Below are positions 56,061 through 64,000 of a stretch of DNA of 64,000 nt, piece after piece. A program made the translations under genes and the position numbers. Position 1 is the first letter of the stretch. Each line of letters starts with the position of its first letter. Below the pieces are notes generated by a model. That model was given only the letters and a program-made list of their open reading frames with translations. It searched no databases and had not been told where the DNA came from. The DNA is from Clostridia bacterium. Lineage in GTDB: Bacteria > Bacillota > Clostridia > Christensenellales > UBA1242. The stretch covers positions 25,709 through 89,708 of the forward strand of contig CAAGDD010000007.1 of assembly GCA_900768545.1 (NCBI GenBank), in the 5' to 3' direction.

Positions 56061-57359
56061 ATGAAAACAAATACAAAAGATTTGATGAAATTTGCTGTGG
56101 CAGAAGGCGGGCAAACACCTGCCCAAACCAATGCCGACGCAATTTTGAGGGATTTTCAAAAGATTTTGTATATCAAAAGAAAGCGTAACAACGATTTGCT
56201 CGGCGGTTTCAACGACAAAGGGGATTACAAAATCACTGACAAACTCATACTCAAAAAACTGCTCGAAGTTCCAAAGAAATTTGGAGAAAAACAAGACGAT
56301 GTGGTGTATGCAAGTGCCGTTTATGACACTTTGGTCTTAAATTTTAAGATCGTTTTTGAAATGTCGTCAGAATTTTGCAACGCTTATTTATATTTTATTG
56401 AAGTTGAAAATCTTGCCGAAGAAGATATCAAACATGTCACACTTCTTGACACGATTTTGGACGTTTATTCGCCAACTTTCAAACAAAAGGTGTATGAAGA
56501 ATGGCGTGTTTATCTTGACGAAGAGATTTATGAAAAAGACGACTTCTTGTTTGAGATTTTGAAAAAACAACAAGACGACAATCAATTCACCAGCGAATTT
56601 GACGCCATTTTGGCACAACTTTTTGTTTTGAGAATGCTAAAAGCTCTTGAAAATTGTGACGAAGTTGGAAAAGAGATTTTGGACGAATACAACGAATTTT
56701 TGCAAAAGGCGATTTTAAAAGATCCAAGCCTTGCGCAAGATGACCAAAGATTAATTTTCATTTTAAACAAAATTATTTTAAAACACAATGGTTATGAAGC
56801 ACTTTTGAAAACTCCAGAAGGCGTGGCCGTTTTGACTGGATACATAAAGCCAATGCAACGTGTGCTCGGCGTTGGCGGTCAATCGATTTTGGACGCGGTT
56901 GGAAAAAACGCTAAAAAACTTGAAGGTGACAAAAAGACCGAGAAAAAAGCAGAAAAGCCAAAAGTTAAGGCGAGCGTAAAAGCAAAAGGCAAGGGAGCAA
57001 AAAAGGCAGCCAAAATTGATGCATACGATATCGGCGGCGCGTTCAGCGCTCCAAAGAAGGCTGACGCTCCAGTGAAAAAACCTTTGCTTGTTACTGCAGA
57101 GTTGCCAAAGAAAGCTGAAGCGTCAAAAGAATCTTCAAAAGCTTCACAAACTCCAAATGTCAAACAATCTCCACAAGTTTCAAAAGCACCGAAAGCTCCA
57201 ACACCTGACAAGCCAAAAGTTCCAGACGGAAAACTTGAAAACATTACTTTCAATTCGCTTTCAAACTGGGAAGGAAGTTTTAAAACAAACAAAAACAAAT
57301 TTATAACTCCAAACACGAATTATTCTCCAGAGCCTAAGGATTTGAACAAAAACTTATAA
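56061..57359 (+). CDS. Hypothetical cytoplasmic protein with Lys/Ala/Pro-rich C-terminal low-complexity tail
   Basis: 432 aa with no signal peptide. The helical N-terminal 280 aa are followed by KKTEKKAEKPKVKASVKAKGKGAKKAAK...KAPKAPTPDKPKVP. Confidence 0.75.
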   Translation: MKTNTKDLMKFAVAEGGQTPAQTNADAILRDFQKILYIKRKRNNDLLGGFNDKGDYKITDKLILKKLLEVPKKFGEKQDDVVYASAVYDTLVLNFKIVFEMSSEFCNAYLYFIEVENLAEEDIKHVTLLDTILDVYSPTFKQKVYEEWRVYLDEEIYEKDDFLFEILKKQQDDNQFTSEFDAILAQLFVLRMLKALENCDEVGKEILDEYNEFLQKAILKDPSLAQDDQRLIFILNKIILKHNGYEALLKTPEGVAVLTGYIKPMQRVLGVGGQSILDAVGKNAKKLEGDKKTEKKAEKPKVKASVKAKGKGAKKAAKIDAYDIGGAFSAPKKADAPVKKPLLVTAELPKKAEASKESSKASQTPNVKQSPQVSKAPKAPTPDKPKVPDGKLENITFNSLSNWEGSFKTNKNKFITPNTNYSPEPKDLNKNL

Positions 57360-57390
57360 AATAATGATTGTCAAAATAATACACAAACAA

Positions 57391-57420
57391 AAAAAACTCC
57401 AAATTTTGGAGTTTTTTGTT
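57391..57420. terminator. Bidirectional terminator between convergent hypothetical genes
   Basis: AAAAAACTCC / GGAGTTTTTT stem with loop AAATTTT. Confidence 0.8.
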
Positions 57421-57428
57421 TTTTATCC

Positions 57429-58085
57429 TTATTTTGTTTTGACATTGATATCTGTAAGAGATTTTTTAAGATCTGACTTTCTCAAAAATTGACGAGATTC
57501 CCAGTTTTTAACGACTGATTGATCATAAGGAAACACCGGCTTGCTGCGATAATCTTCTTCAATAATCTCTTTTTCTTTGCCTGCGCGTTTCATATAAGTT
57601 GTGTAAAGATTTTTGCAGATATCATAGCATTGCATAAAGCACAAAATGTATCCTTCGGTGAGCAAATCTTTTTCGTGTTCAGCATCAAATTCTGACAACT
57701 TCCCTTCATTTTCAAGTTTTTCGATTTTTACCCAACGATCTGCATAAGCACTATAATCAGGGATAACAAATTGTTTGATGTTGTTGTCACGGAATGCTTT
57801 GAGATATACATCAATATAAATTGAAACTTTTGAAATCATTTTTGAGCCATAGCGTCTTGAAACCCCGTCTGCCAACGCACTAAATTTCGAGCACAAGTGG
57901 CTTGCAAAATTGTAAGTTAATTGGCTGTAAGAGTGTTCTCTGCCGTCGTCAAGTAAGTTGAACATTCGAAGCATCTCGTCTATTTGTTCTTGAACAGTTA
58001 TTTTTGAAATTTCGACCCAAAAAAGATTTTTTTCTGGAATTTCAAAGTTTCTTTCATTCTCTCTTGGAATTTTTGAATTTGGCAT
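57429..58085 (-). CDS. Hypothetical cytoplasmic protein
   Basis: 218-aa ORF with coding-like composition and no recognised motif. Confidence 0.7.
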   Translation of the reverse strand: MPNSKIPRENERNFEIPEKNLFWVEISKITVQEQIDEMLRMFNLLDDGREHSYSQLTYNFASHLCSKFSALADGVSRRYGSKMISKVSIYIDVYLKAFRDNNIKQFVIPDYSAYADRWVKIEKLENEGKLSEFDAEHEKDLLTEGYILCFMQCYDICKNLYTTYMKRAGKEKEIIEEDYRSKPVFPYDQSVVKNWESRQFLRKSDLKKSLTDINVKTK

Positions 58086-58194
58086 AAGAAATCTCCTTTT
58101 ATATTTTCGAATATATTATAACATGAAATTTTTTGTTTGTAAATACCTTTTAAAAATATATTTTTTTGACAATAGTTGTTTTGGGTGAAAAATA

Positions 58195-59717
58195 TGAAAT
58201 TTTCAAAAGGTGTTGGCACTGGTGCGGCTGTTTTGATTGTTAGTGGCTTTGTTTGCAAGGTCTTGGGAGCATTGTTTAGACTTCCGCTTACAAACATTTT
58301 GTCGATTGAAGGAATTGGGATTTTTCAACTCATTATGTCGCTTTATGCTTTTGCGCTTGTGATAACTTGCGGCGGTGTGACTGTCAGTCTTTCAAAACTT
58401 ATAAGCAGCGCGCGTGCAAATGAAAGAGAAGAAAAAATCAAGATATTTTTAAATCGGGCGATTTTGACCAGCATGATCGCTTCACTTTCTCTTGGCGTTT
58501 TGTTTTTGCTTTTGGGAAGATATGTTTGCGCATTTCAGGGAATTTCAAACAATTATAGTTATATGCTCTTCATTTTGCTTTTGCCTTTTGGCGCACTTTT
58601 GGCGGTCTTTCGTGGATATTTTCAGGGTTATGAAAAAATGACGCCGACGGCGGTCAGCCAAATCTTGGAACAAGTGTTTAAGTTTTGTTTTGGAATTTTT
58701 TTTGCTTGGCTTTTTGCAAAAACAAATATGCAAATGGGAGTTTTTGGTGCGTTTTTGGGGATTGTTTTGAGCGAAGTTGTTGCGGTGATCTTTTTGTTTA
58801 TTTTGTATCTTCGTCACAAGGATAAAAAGCTGCCGTGTGATTTTTCTTCATTTCAAATGGCACAAAAAGAGTTTGACAGCACAAATTTCACGCTTATGTT
58901 GACCGCTTCCGTGCTGCCACTCGTCAATGCTTTTGACGCGCTCATTGTTGTGCCGCGATTGGTCGGCGCTGGTTTTTCAAACGGATATGCCACCACTTTG
59001 TTTGGACTTCAAAGTGGGGTTGTTGGAGCGATTTTAAATATTCCACTTGTCATTTCAATGTCGGTCGCTACAGCGTTTTTGCCAAACTTGTCATTTATCT
59101 TTTCAAAAGGAGGGAGTGGTCGCCATATCGTCGAAAAGGGGTTGAATCTTCTATTATATTTGGTCTTGCCGACTGCGTTTGGGTGTGTGGCTGTTGCAAG
59201 ACCGCTTTTGAGCGTGCTTTATCGCTCGTTGACTGTGCAGACTCTTGATGTGGCAATAAACTTGATGATTTTTGGCTCGTTTTCGATCGTGTTTATGGCA
59301 ATTATGCAGTTTTTGGTGATGCTTTTGCAGTCGCAGGGGCAGTTTAAATTTATCTTAAAAAGTTTTGCAGTCGGCGGCAGCGTCAAAGCAATCTTGACCT
59401 TCGTTTTGTCAGGTGTGGCACAAGTAAACATCTTTTCAATCGTTTTGGGGAATATCTGCTTGTCTTCAATCGTGTGTGTTATGTCGCTTTTTAAACTCAA
59501 AAAGACTTTGGCATTTAAGTTGAATTTAAAAGATTTGTCAATTTTGATTTTTGGCACGGCTATGATGTTTATGGCGGTGAATATGTTTTTAAGATGTGAT
59601 TATTTTTCAACAGCCACAAATCTTTTGCTTGCGGTCTTGATTGGAATGTTTGTTTATGGCGTTTTGACCTTTTCACTTTTATACAAATTTTTCGCAAAGA
59701 AGAAAGTTAGTGTTTAA
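58195..59717 (+). CDS. MOP-superfamily flippase (SpoVB/YabM/MurJ-like polysaccharide or lipid II flippase)
   Basis: About 507 aa and about 14 TM helices, with N terminus MKFSKGVGTGAAVLIVSGFVCKVLGALFRLPLTNIL typical of SpoVB/MurJ-type proteins. Confidence 0.75.
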
Positions 59718-59756
59718 AAATGCTTGTTTTGTAAAACATTTATTTGGAGGGAGTTA

Positions 59757-60031
59757 TGAATAAAACAGAATTTGTTGAAGTTATGTCAAAAAAGACCAAA
59801 CTTTCAAAAAATAAATGTGACTTGTTTTTGAATGAGTTTAAGGCTTTGATTTTGGAAGTGTGCTCAAAGGGCGAACATATCAATTTTCGAAATTTTGGCA
59901 AGTTTTCGATGGAAGAAACAAAAGCACGAAAGTTTTTAAATCCGCAAACGATGAGATATTATGTTTGCGCGCCAAAAAAGTTGATTGCATTCAAAGGTTA
60001 CAAAAATTTTAAATATGCAGTAAACAAATAG
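59757..60031 (+). CDS. hup: HU-family DNA-binding protein
   Basis: MNKTEFVEVMSKKTKLSKNKCDLFLNEF...FGKFSMEETKARKFLNPQT...IAFKG. GGAGGGAG lies upstream of ATG 59757. Confidence 0.85.
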
Positions 60032-60041
60032 ACAAAACTTC

Positions 60042-60066
60042 AAAACGAGAGAGATCTCGTTTTTTC
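60042..60066 (+). terminator. Rho-independent terminator after the HU gene
   Basis: Stem ACGAGA / TCTCGT with loop GAGA, then T6. Confidence 0.8.
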
Positions 60067-60144
60067 TTTCCAAATTTCAAACTGGTGCATATATAAAAAC
60101 GCCGAATAGTTTAAATTTTGTTTTAATTTAAAAGAAATATTGTT

Positions 60145-60175
60145 TTGACAAAAAAATGTTTTGTGTTAAGATAAT
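60145..60175 (+). promoter_or_regulatory. Candidate promoter of dusB
   Basis: TTGACA (60145-60150), then either TAAGAT (16-nt spacer) or GATAAT (19-nt spacer). Confidence 0.4.
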
Positions 60176-60181
60176 AGTGCT

Positions 60182-61105
60182 ATGAAAATAAAAGATTTAG
60201 ACTTTTCAAGTGATCCCTTGATTTTAGCACCAATGGCAGGAGTGACAGATGTTGGCTTTCGAGCAATCTGTTCTTCTTTTGGCGCAGACGCAACGGTGAC
60301 TGAAATGCTTTCGGCGCGCGCTATGGAGCACAACCCTAAAAAGACCGAATTTATGACACTTACAACGGAAGCGGAAAAGATAAAAATTGCACAGATTTTT
60401 GGTCACGAAGCAGACTTTATGGAAAGAGCAATAAAAAATCCACTTTTGCAAAAATTTGATAGTTTTGACATCAATATGGGCTGTCCTGCACCAAAGATAG
60501 TCAAAAATGGCGAAGGTTCGGCACTTATGGACAATTTGTCACTTGCGAGCAAGATTATTTCAGCATGTAAAAACGCTACAGACAAACCTGTTTCAGTCAA
60601 ATTTCGAAAAGGAAGTAAGAGCGAAAATTTTCGTGAGTTTGCTCGAATGTGTCAAGATAGCGGTGCTGATTTTGTTACTTTCCACGCCCGCACTGTTGAG
60701 CAAGGTTATAGCGGGAAAGCCGACCTTGAAGCGATCGCCACGGTTAAGGCGGATCTAAAAATTCCTGTTGTTGGAAATGGCGATGTGATTGATGTTGACA
60801 GTTATCACAAGATGAAGCAAACTGGCGTTGACGGAGTTATGATTGGCCGCGGTGCGACTGGCCATCCTTGGATTTTTTCAATTTTAAAAGGGGGAAACGA
60901 AAAAATTGACAAATATGAAGTTGTCAAAAAACACATTGAGATTTTGAGAGAGCATTTTGAAGAAAGTTGGCTAAAATTGTATATAAGAAAACATCTTTTG
61001 TGGTATGCGAGCGATCTTCCAATGTCGGCAAATTTGCGTCTTAAACTTGCTACTTGCGACGATATTGACCAATGCTTAAAAATTTTGAAGGAATCTTTTG
61101 CTTAA
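60182..61105 (+). CDS. dusB: tRNA-dihydrouridine synthase
   Basis: LAPMAGVTDVGFRAI, DINMGCPAPKIVKNGEGSALM and HARTVEQGYSGKAD. Confidence 0.9.
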   Translation: MKIKDLDFSSDPLILAPMAGVTDVGFRAICSSFGADATVTEMLSARAMEHNPKKTEFMTLTTEAEKIKIAQIFGHEADFMERAIKNPLLQKFDSFDINMGCPAPKIVKNGEGSALMDNLSLASKIISACKNATDKPVSVKFRKGSKSENFREFARMCQDSGADFVTFHARTVEQGYSGKADLEAIATVKADLKIPVVGNGDVIDVDSYHKMKQTGVDGVMIGRGATGHPWIFSILKGGNEKIDKYEVVKKHIEILREHFEESWLKLYIRKHLLWYASDLPMSANLRLKLATCDDIDQCLKILKESFA

Positions 61106-61121
61106 AACTATCAAAATTGTT

Positions 61122-61149
61122 TTGAATAAAATTTTAAATGTTGTAAAAT
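61122..61149 (+). promoter_or_regulatory. Candidate promoter of pgk
   Basis: TTGAAT, 16-nt spacer, TAAAAT. Confidence 0.4.
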
Positions 61150-61170
61150 AGAGCTGAAAGGACTGTGTTT

Positions 61171-62340
61171 ATGAGAAGAACAATTAGAGATTTGAAAAAT
61201 ATTCAAGGAAAACGAATTTTGCTTCGTTGTGATTTTAATGTGCCTTTAAACAAATATGGTGATATTCAAGACGACACCCGAATTGTCGCAGAAATCCCTA
61301 CTATCAAATATTTAAACGAAAAAGGAGCAAAACTTATCGTTTGCTCACACCTTGGCAGACCTGACGGCTATGACAAATATTTGTCATTATTTCCTGTTGC
61401 AGTTTATTTGATGAAGTATTTTCCAAACAAGGTTAAATTTTGCAGCAAAGTAGTTGGTGACGAAGTTGAAAATGCTGTTTCAAAACTCAAAGACGGCGAA
61501 ATTTTGGTGCTTGAAAACTTGCGTTTCTTGCACGGCGAAGAAGAAAATTCGCCAGAATTTGTTGAAAAACTTGCCGCTCTTGCAGATATCTATGTTGACG
61601 ACGCTTTCGGCGTTGCTCATAGAAAACACGCTTCAAACTATGGCGTGGCATTAAAACTTCCAAACGCAATCGGCTTTTTGATTGAAAAAGAACTTTCTGT
61701 TTTTGAAAAGGCGTTTTCAAAGCCGGTTCACCCTTTTGTTGCGATCTTTGGAGGATCAAAAGTTGAAGACAAACTCAAACTTATAAACAATGTTTTGGAT
61801 AAGGCTGATTCAATCATCATTGGTGGAGGAATGGCATATACCTTCCTTCAAGCGATGGGGCAAAATATTGGTGACTCAATTGTTGCGCTTGATCAAGTTG
61901 ACAATGCAAAACAAATTTTGAAAACTGCCAAAGAAAAAAATGTAAAAATTTTGCTTCCAGTTGATCATGTTGCTTTGGTCAAGTCTCGTGATAGAGCGAT
62001 TTATACAAAAACTCTCGAAAAAGGTCTTGTTGGACTTGATATTGGAAAGAAAACTATCAAAATGTTTACTGAAGAAATTATGAGAGCAAATCAAATCATC
62101 TGGAATGGACCACTTGGCAAATATGAAGATCGTCGTTTCAAAAAAGGAACAATGAAAATCGCAAAAGCAGTCGCAAATAGTAAAGCTTATTCAATCGTAG
62201 GCGGCGGCGACAGTTTGAGCGCAATCAATGAATGCGGAGTTGCTGACAAGATCAATCATCTTTCGACCGGCGGCGGCGCAAGTTTGAAACTTATGGAAGG
62301 AAAATCTTTGCCAGCGATTGATGTTATCGACACTTTATAA
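61171..62340 (+). CDS. pgk: Phosphoglycerate kinase
   Basis: RCDFNVPL, SHLGRPDG and GGGDS...STGGGASLKLMEG. ATG 61171 is preferred over GTG 61165. Confidence 0.95.
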   Translation: MRRTIRDLKNIQGKRILLRCDFNVPLNKYGDIQDDTRIVAEIPTIKYLNEKGAKLIVCSHLGRPDGYDKYLSLFPVAVYLMKYFPNKVKFCSKVVGDEVENAVSKLKDGEILVLENLRFLHGEEENSPEFVEKLAALADIYVDDAFGVAHRKHASNYGVALKLPNAIGFLIEKELSVFEKAFSKPVHPFVAIFGGSKVEDKLKLINNVLDKADSIIIGGGMAYTFLQAMGQNIGDSIVALDQVDNAKQILKTAKEKNVKILLPVDHVALVKSRDRAIYTKTLEKGLVGLDIGKKTIKMFTEEIMRANQIIWNGPLGKYEDRRFKKGTMKIAKAVANSKAYSIVGGGDSLSAINECGVADKINHLSTGGGASLKLMEGKSLPAIDVIDTL

Positions 62341-62363
62341 AAATCAATTTTCAAGGAGAAATT

Positions 62364-63113
62364 ATGAAAAAACTTTTAATTGGAAATTTCAAAATGAACA
62401 CAACTGCAGGCGAATTTAAAACTTATGCTATGTGTTTGGCGACAAAAACAAAAAACAGCAAAAATGATATTGTTGTTTGTCCACCATTTACACATTTGGC
62501 AGTTGCAAAAGAGATGCTTTCAAACACAAATATCGCTTATGGCGCACAAAATATTTGTGATGAAGAAAGCGGTGCTTTCACAGGCGAAGTTTCTGCTCCA
62601 ATGATAAAAGATCTCGGCGCTGAATATGTCATTTTGGGACATAGTGAACGCAGAGCAAAGGCAAAAGAAAACGACAAACTTATAAACAAAAAAATCAAAA
62701 CTGCCTTGGCAAACGGGCTTAAAGTTGTTTTGTGTGTTGGTGAAAATGCTCACATAAGAGAAGATAAACAAGCAAACGCGTTTGTTAAAAAACAACTTGA
62801 TGATGACCTTAAAGGCATTTATGAAAACGAACTTGACAGTGTGATCGTTGCTTACGAACCTATTTGGGCGATCGGCACGGGAAAAGTTGCAACAAACAAA
62901 GATATCGAAAAAATGGTTGACACAATTCGAAAAGAAATCGAATACAACTATTCACAAAAAGCGGGCGAAAACCTGACTGTTGTGTATGGAGGAAGTGTAA
63001 AACTTTCAAACTACAAAAAAATTTTGTCGGCTCGCGGAGTTGACGGAGTTTTGATTGGCGGCGCTTGTCTTGACTGCGACGGCTTTGCTCTTATGGCAAA
63101 CGAAAAGTTTTAA
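62364..63113 (+). CDS. tpiA: Triosephosphate isomerase
   Basis: GNFKMN, ILGHSERR, AYEPIWAIGTG and YGGSV. Confidence 0.95.
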   Translation: MKKLLIGNFKMNTTAGEFKTYAMCLATKTKNSKNDIVVCPPFTHLAVAKEMLSNTNIAYGAQNICDEESGAFTGEVSAPMIKDLGAEYVILGHSERRAKAKENDKLINKKIKTALANGLKVVLCVGENAHIREDKQANAFVKKQLDDDLKGIYENELDSVIVAYEPIWAIGTGKVATNKDIEKMVDTIRKEIEYNYSQKAGENLTVVYGGSVKLSNYKKILSARGVDGVLIGGACLDCDGFALMANEKF

Positions 63114-63131
63114 CAAAAATTTGGAGAAAAA

Positions 63132-64000
63132 ATGAATCATATTGCACTTTATAGAAAATATCGTCCAAAGACTTTTGATGAAGTTATCGGCGAAAACCAT
63201 GTTACAAAAACTCTTCAAAATCAGATTATGACTGGTCAGATTGGACACGCTTATTTGTTTACTGGCTCGCGTGGAATTGGAAAAACCAGCATTGCAAAAA
63301 TCTTTGCAAAGGCTGTAAACTGTCTTTCTCCAGTGAATGGCTCTGCTTGCGGAAAATGCGAAAACTGCTTGCGACTCGAACAAGAAAACGATATCAACAT
63401 CATCGAAATCGATGCTGCGTCAAACAACAAAGTTGACGATATTAGACAAATTAGAGAAAAAGTAAAATTTATGCCTGTTGGGGCAAAATATAAAGTATAT
63501 ATTATCGACGAAGTTCACATGCTTTCAGACAGCGCGTTCAACGCACTTTTGAAGACATTGGAAGAACCACCTTCTTATGTGATTTTTATTTTGGCAACGA
63601 CCGAAGTGCACAAATTGCCACAAACGATTTTGTCAAGATGTGTGAGATTTGATTTTAGACTTGTGTCTGTTGCCGAACTTGCAAAACACCTTGCGAAAGT
63701 TTTTGACAATGAAGGCATAAAATATGATGAAGAAAGTTTGAAGATCATCGCTGGTGCTGGCGAAGGCAGCGTGCGTGACACACTTTCAATCGCAGATTCG
63801 ATTGCATCGTTCTGCCAAGGTGATATAACAAAAGAAAAAACTTTGAGCGTTTTGGGCACTGCCGATCACGACCTTTTGATCAAATTTTTTGATAAAATTC
63901 AAGACAAAGATGTTGGCGGAGTGTTGGAACTTATTGACCAAATTGAAAAAGCGGGCAAAAACTTGGCTGTCTTTTCAAAAGACTTGTCAAAACACGCAAG
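63132..64000 (+). CDS. dnaX: DNA polymerase III gamma/tau subunit, N-terminal part (3' end outside window)
   Basis: This ORF is absent from the ORF track because it has no stop within the window. Translated by eye it reads MNHIALYRKYRPKTFDEVIGENHVTKTLQN...HAYLFTGSRGIGKTSIAKIFAKAVNC, then the zinc-module Cys residues, VYIIDEVHMLS and LKTLEEPP. GGAGAA lies upstream. Confidence 0.9.
   Translation, partial: MNHIALYRKYRPKTFDEVIGENHVTKTLQNQIMTGQIGHAYLFTGSRGIGKTSIAKIFAKAVNCLSPVNGSACGKCENCLRLEQENDINIIEIDAASNNKVDDIRQIREKVKFMPVGAKYKVYIIDEVHMLSDSAFNALLKTLEEPPSYVIFILATTEVHKLPQTILSRCVRFDFRLVSVAELAKHLAKVFDNEGIKYDEESLKIIAGAGEGSVRDTLSIADSIASFCQGDITKEKTLSVLGTADHDLLIKFFDKIQDKDVGGVLELIDQIEKAGKNLAVFSKDLSKHA

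Overview
This is an AT-rich chromosomal segment (roughly one-third G+C by eye, not computed) from a low-GC Bacillota-type bacterium. It uses the standard genetic code and is densely coding, mostly on the + strand. I saw no rRNA, tRNA, CRISPR array, transposase, integrase or phage genes. The backbone is housekeeping and sporulation-associated genes. In Bacillus subtilis many of these sit near oriC: a heterodimeric ABC exporter, cvpA, yabP-yabQ plus a small membrane protein, an RluA-type pseudouridine synthase, typA, dnaB helicase, gltX, trpS, uppP, a P-type ATPase, holB-yaaT-yabB-like, spmA/spmB, tatD-rsmA, rplI, a SpoVB/MurJ-like flippase, HU, dusB, pgk-tpiA and the 5' part of dnaX. Two giant surface-protein genes are embedded in this backbone and together occupy 30,168 nt, about 47 percent of the window. 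The first is a 3714-aa lipoprotein (6075-17219) built from a Big_2-like domain, many FN3-like modules and a C-terminal GLUG/beta-helix-like module. A small type-I membrane protein gene follows it. The second is a roughly 6340-aa protein (26927-45949) with an N-terminal signal sequence, two N-terminal GLUG-type modules, Listeria-Bacteroides-type repeats, a block of about 4 kb of MBG/YDG-type repeats, a third NPY-type module and a C-terminal TM anchor. The two giant genes have collinear, apparently paralogous AT-rich upstream regions: a shared 32-34 nt T-rich motif, TA-rich tracts, a similar -10 context and a palindromic element next to the RBS. Other points of interest are two uncharacterised membrane-tethered helical proteins translationally coupled to dnaB, a possible leaderless holB, a terminator hairpin that sequesters the start codon of a degenerate CotJC/Mn-catalase-like gene, a 20-bp tandem duplication across the rplI stop codon, and several orphan proteins. 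All functional calls rest on motifs recognised by eye. No database search was possible.
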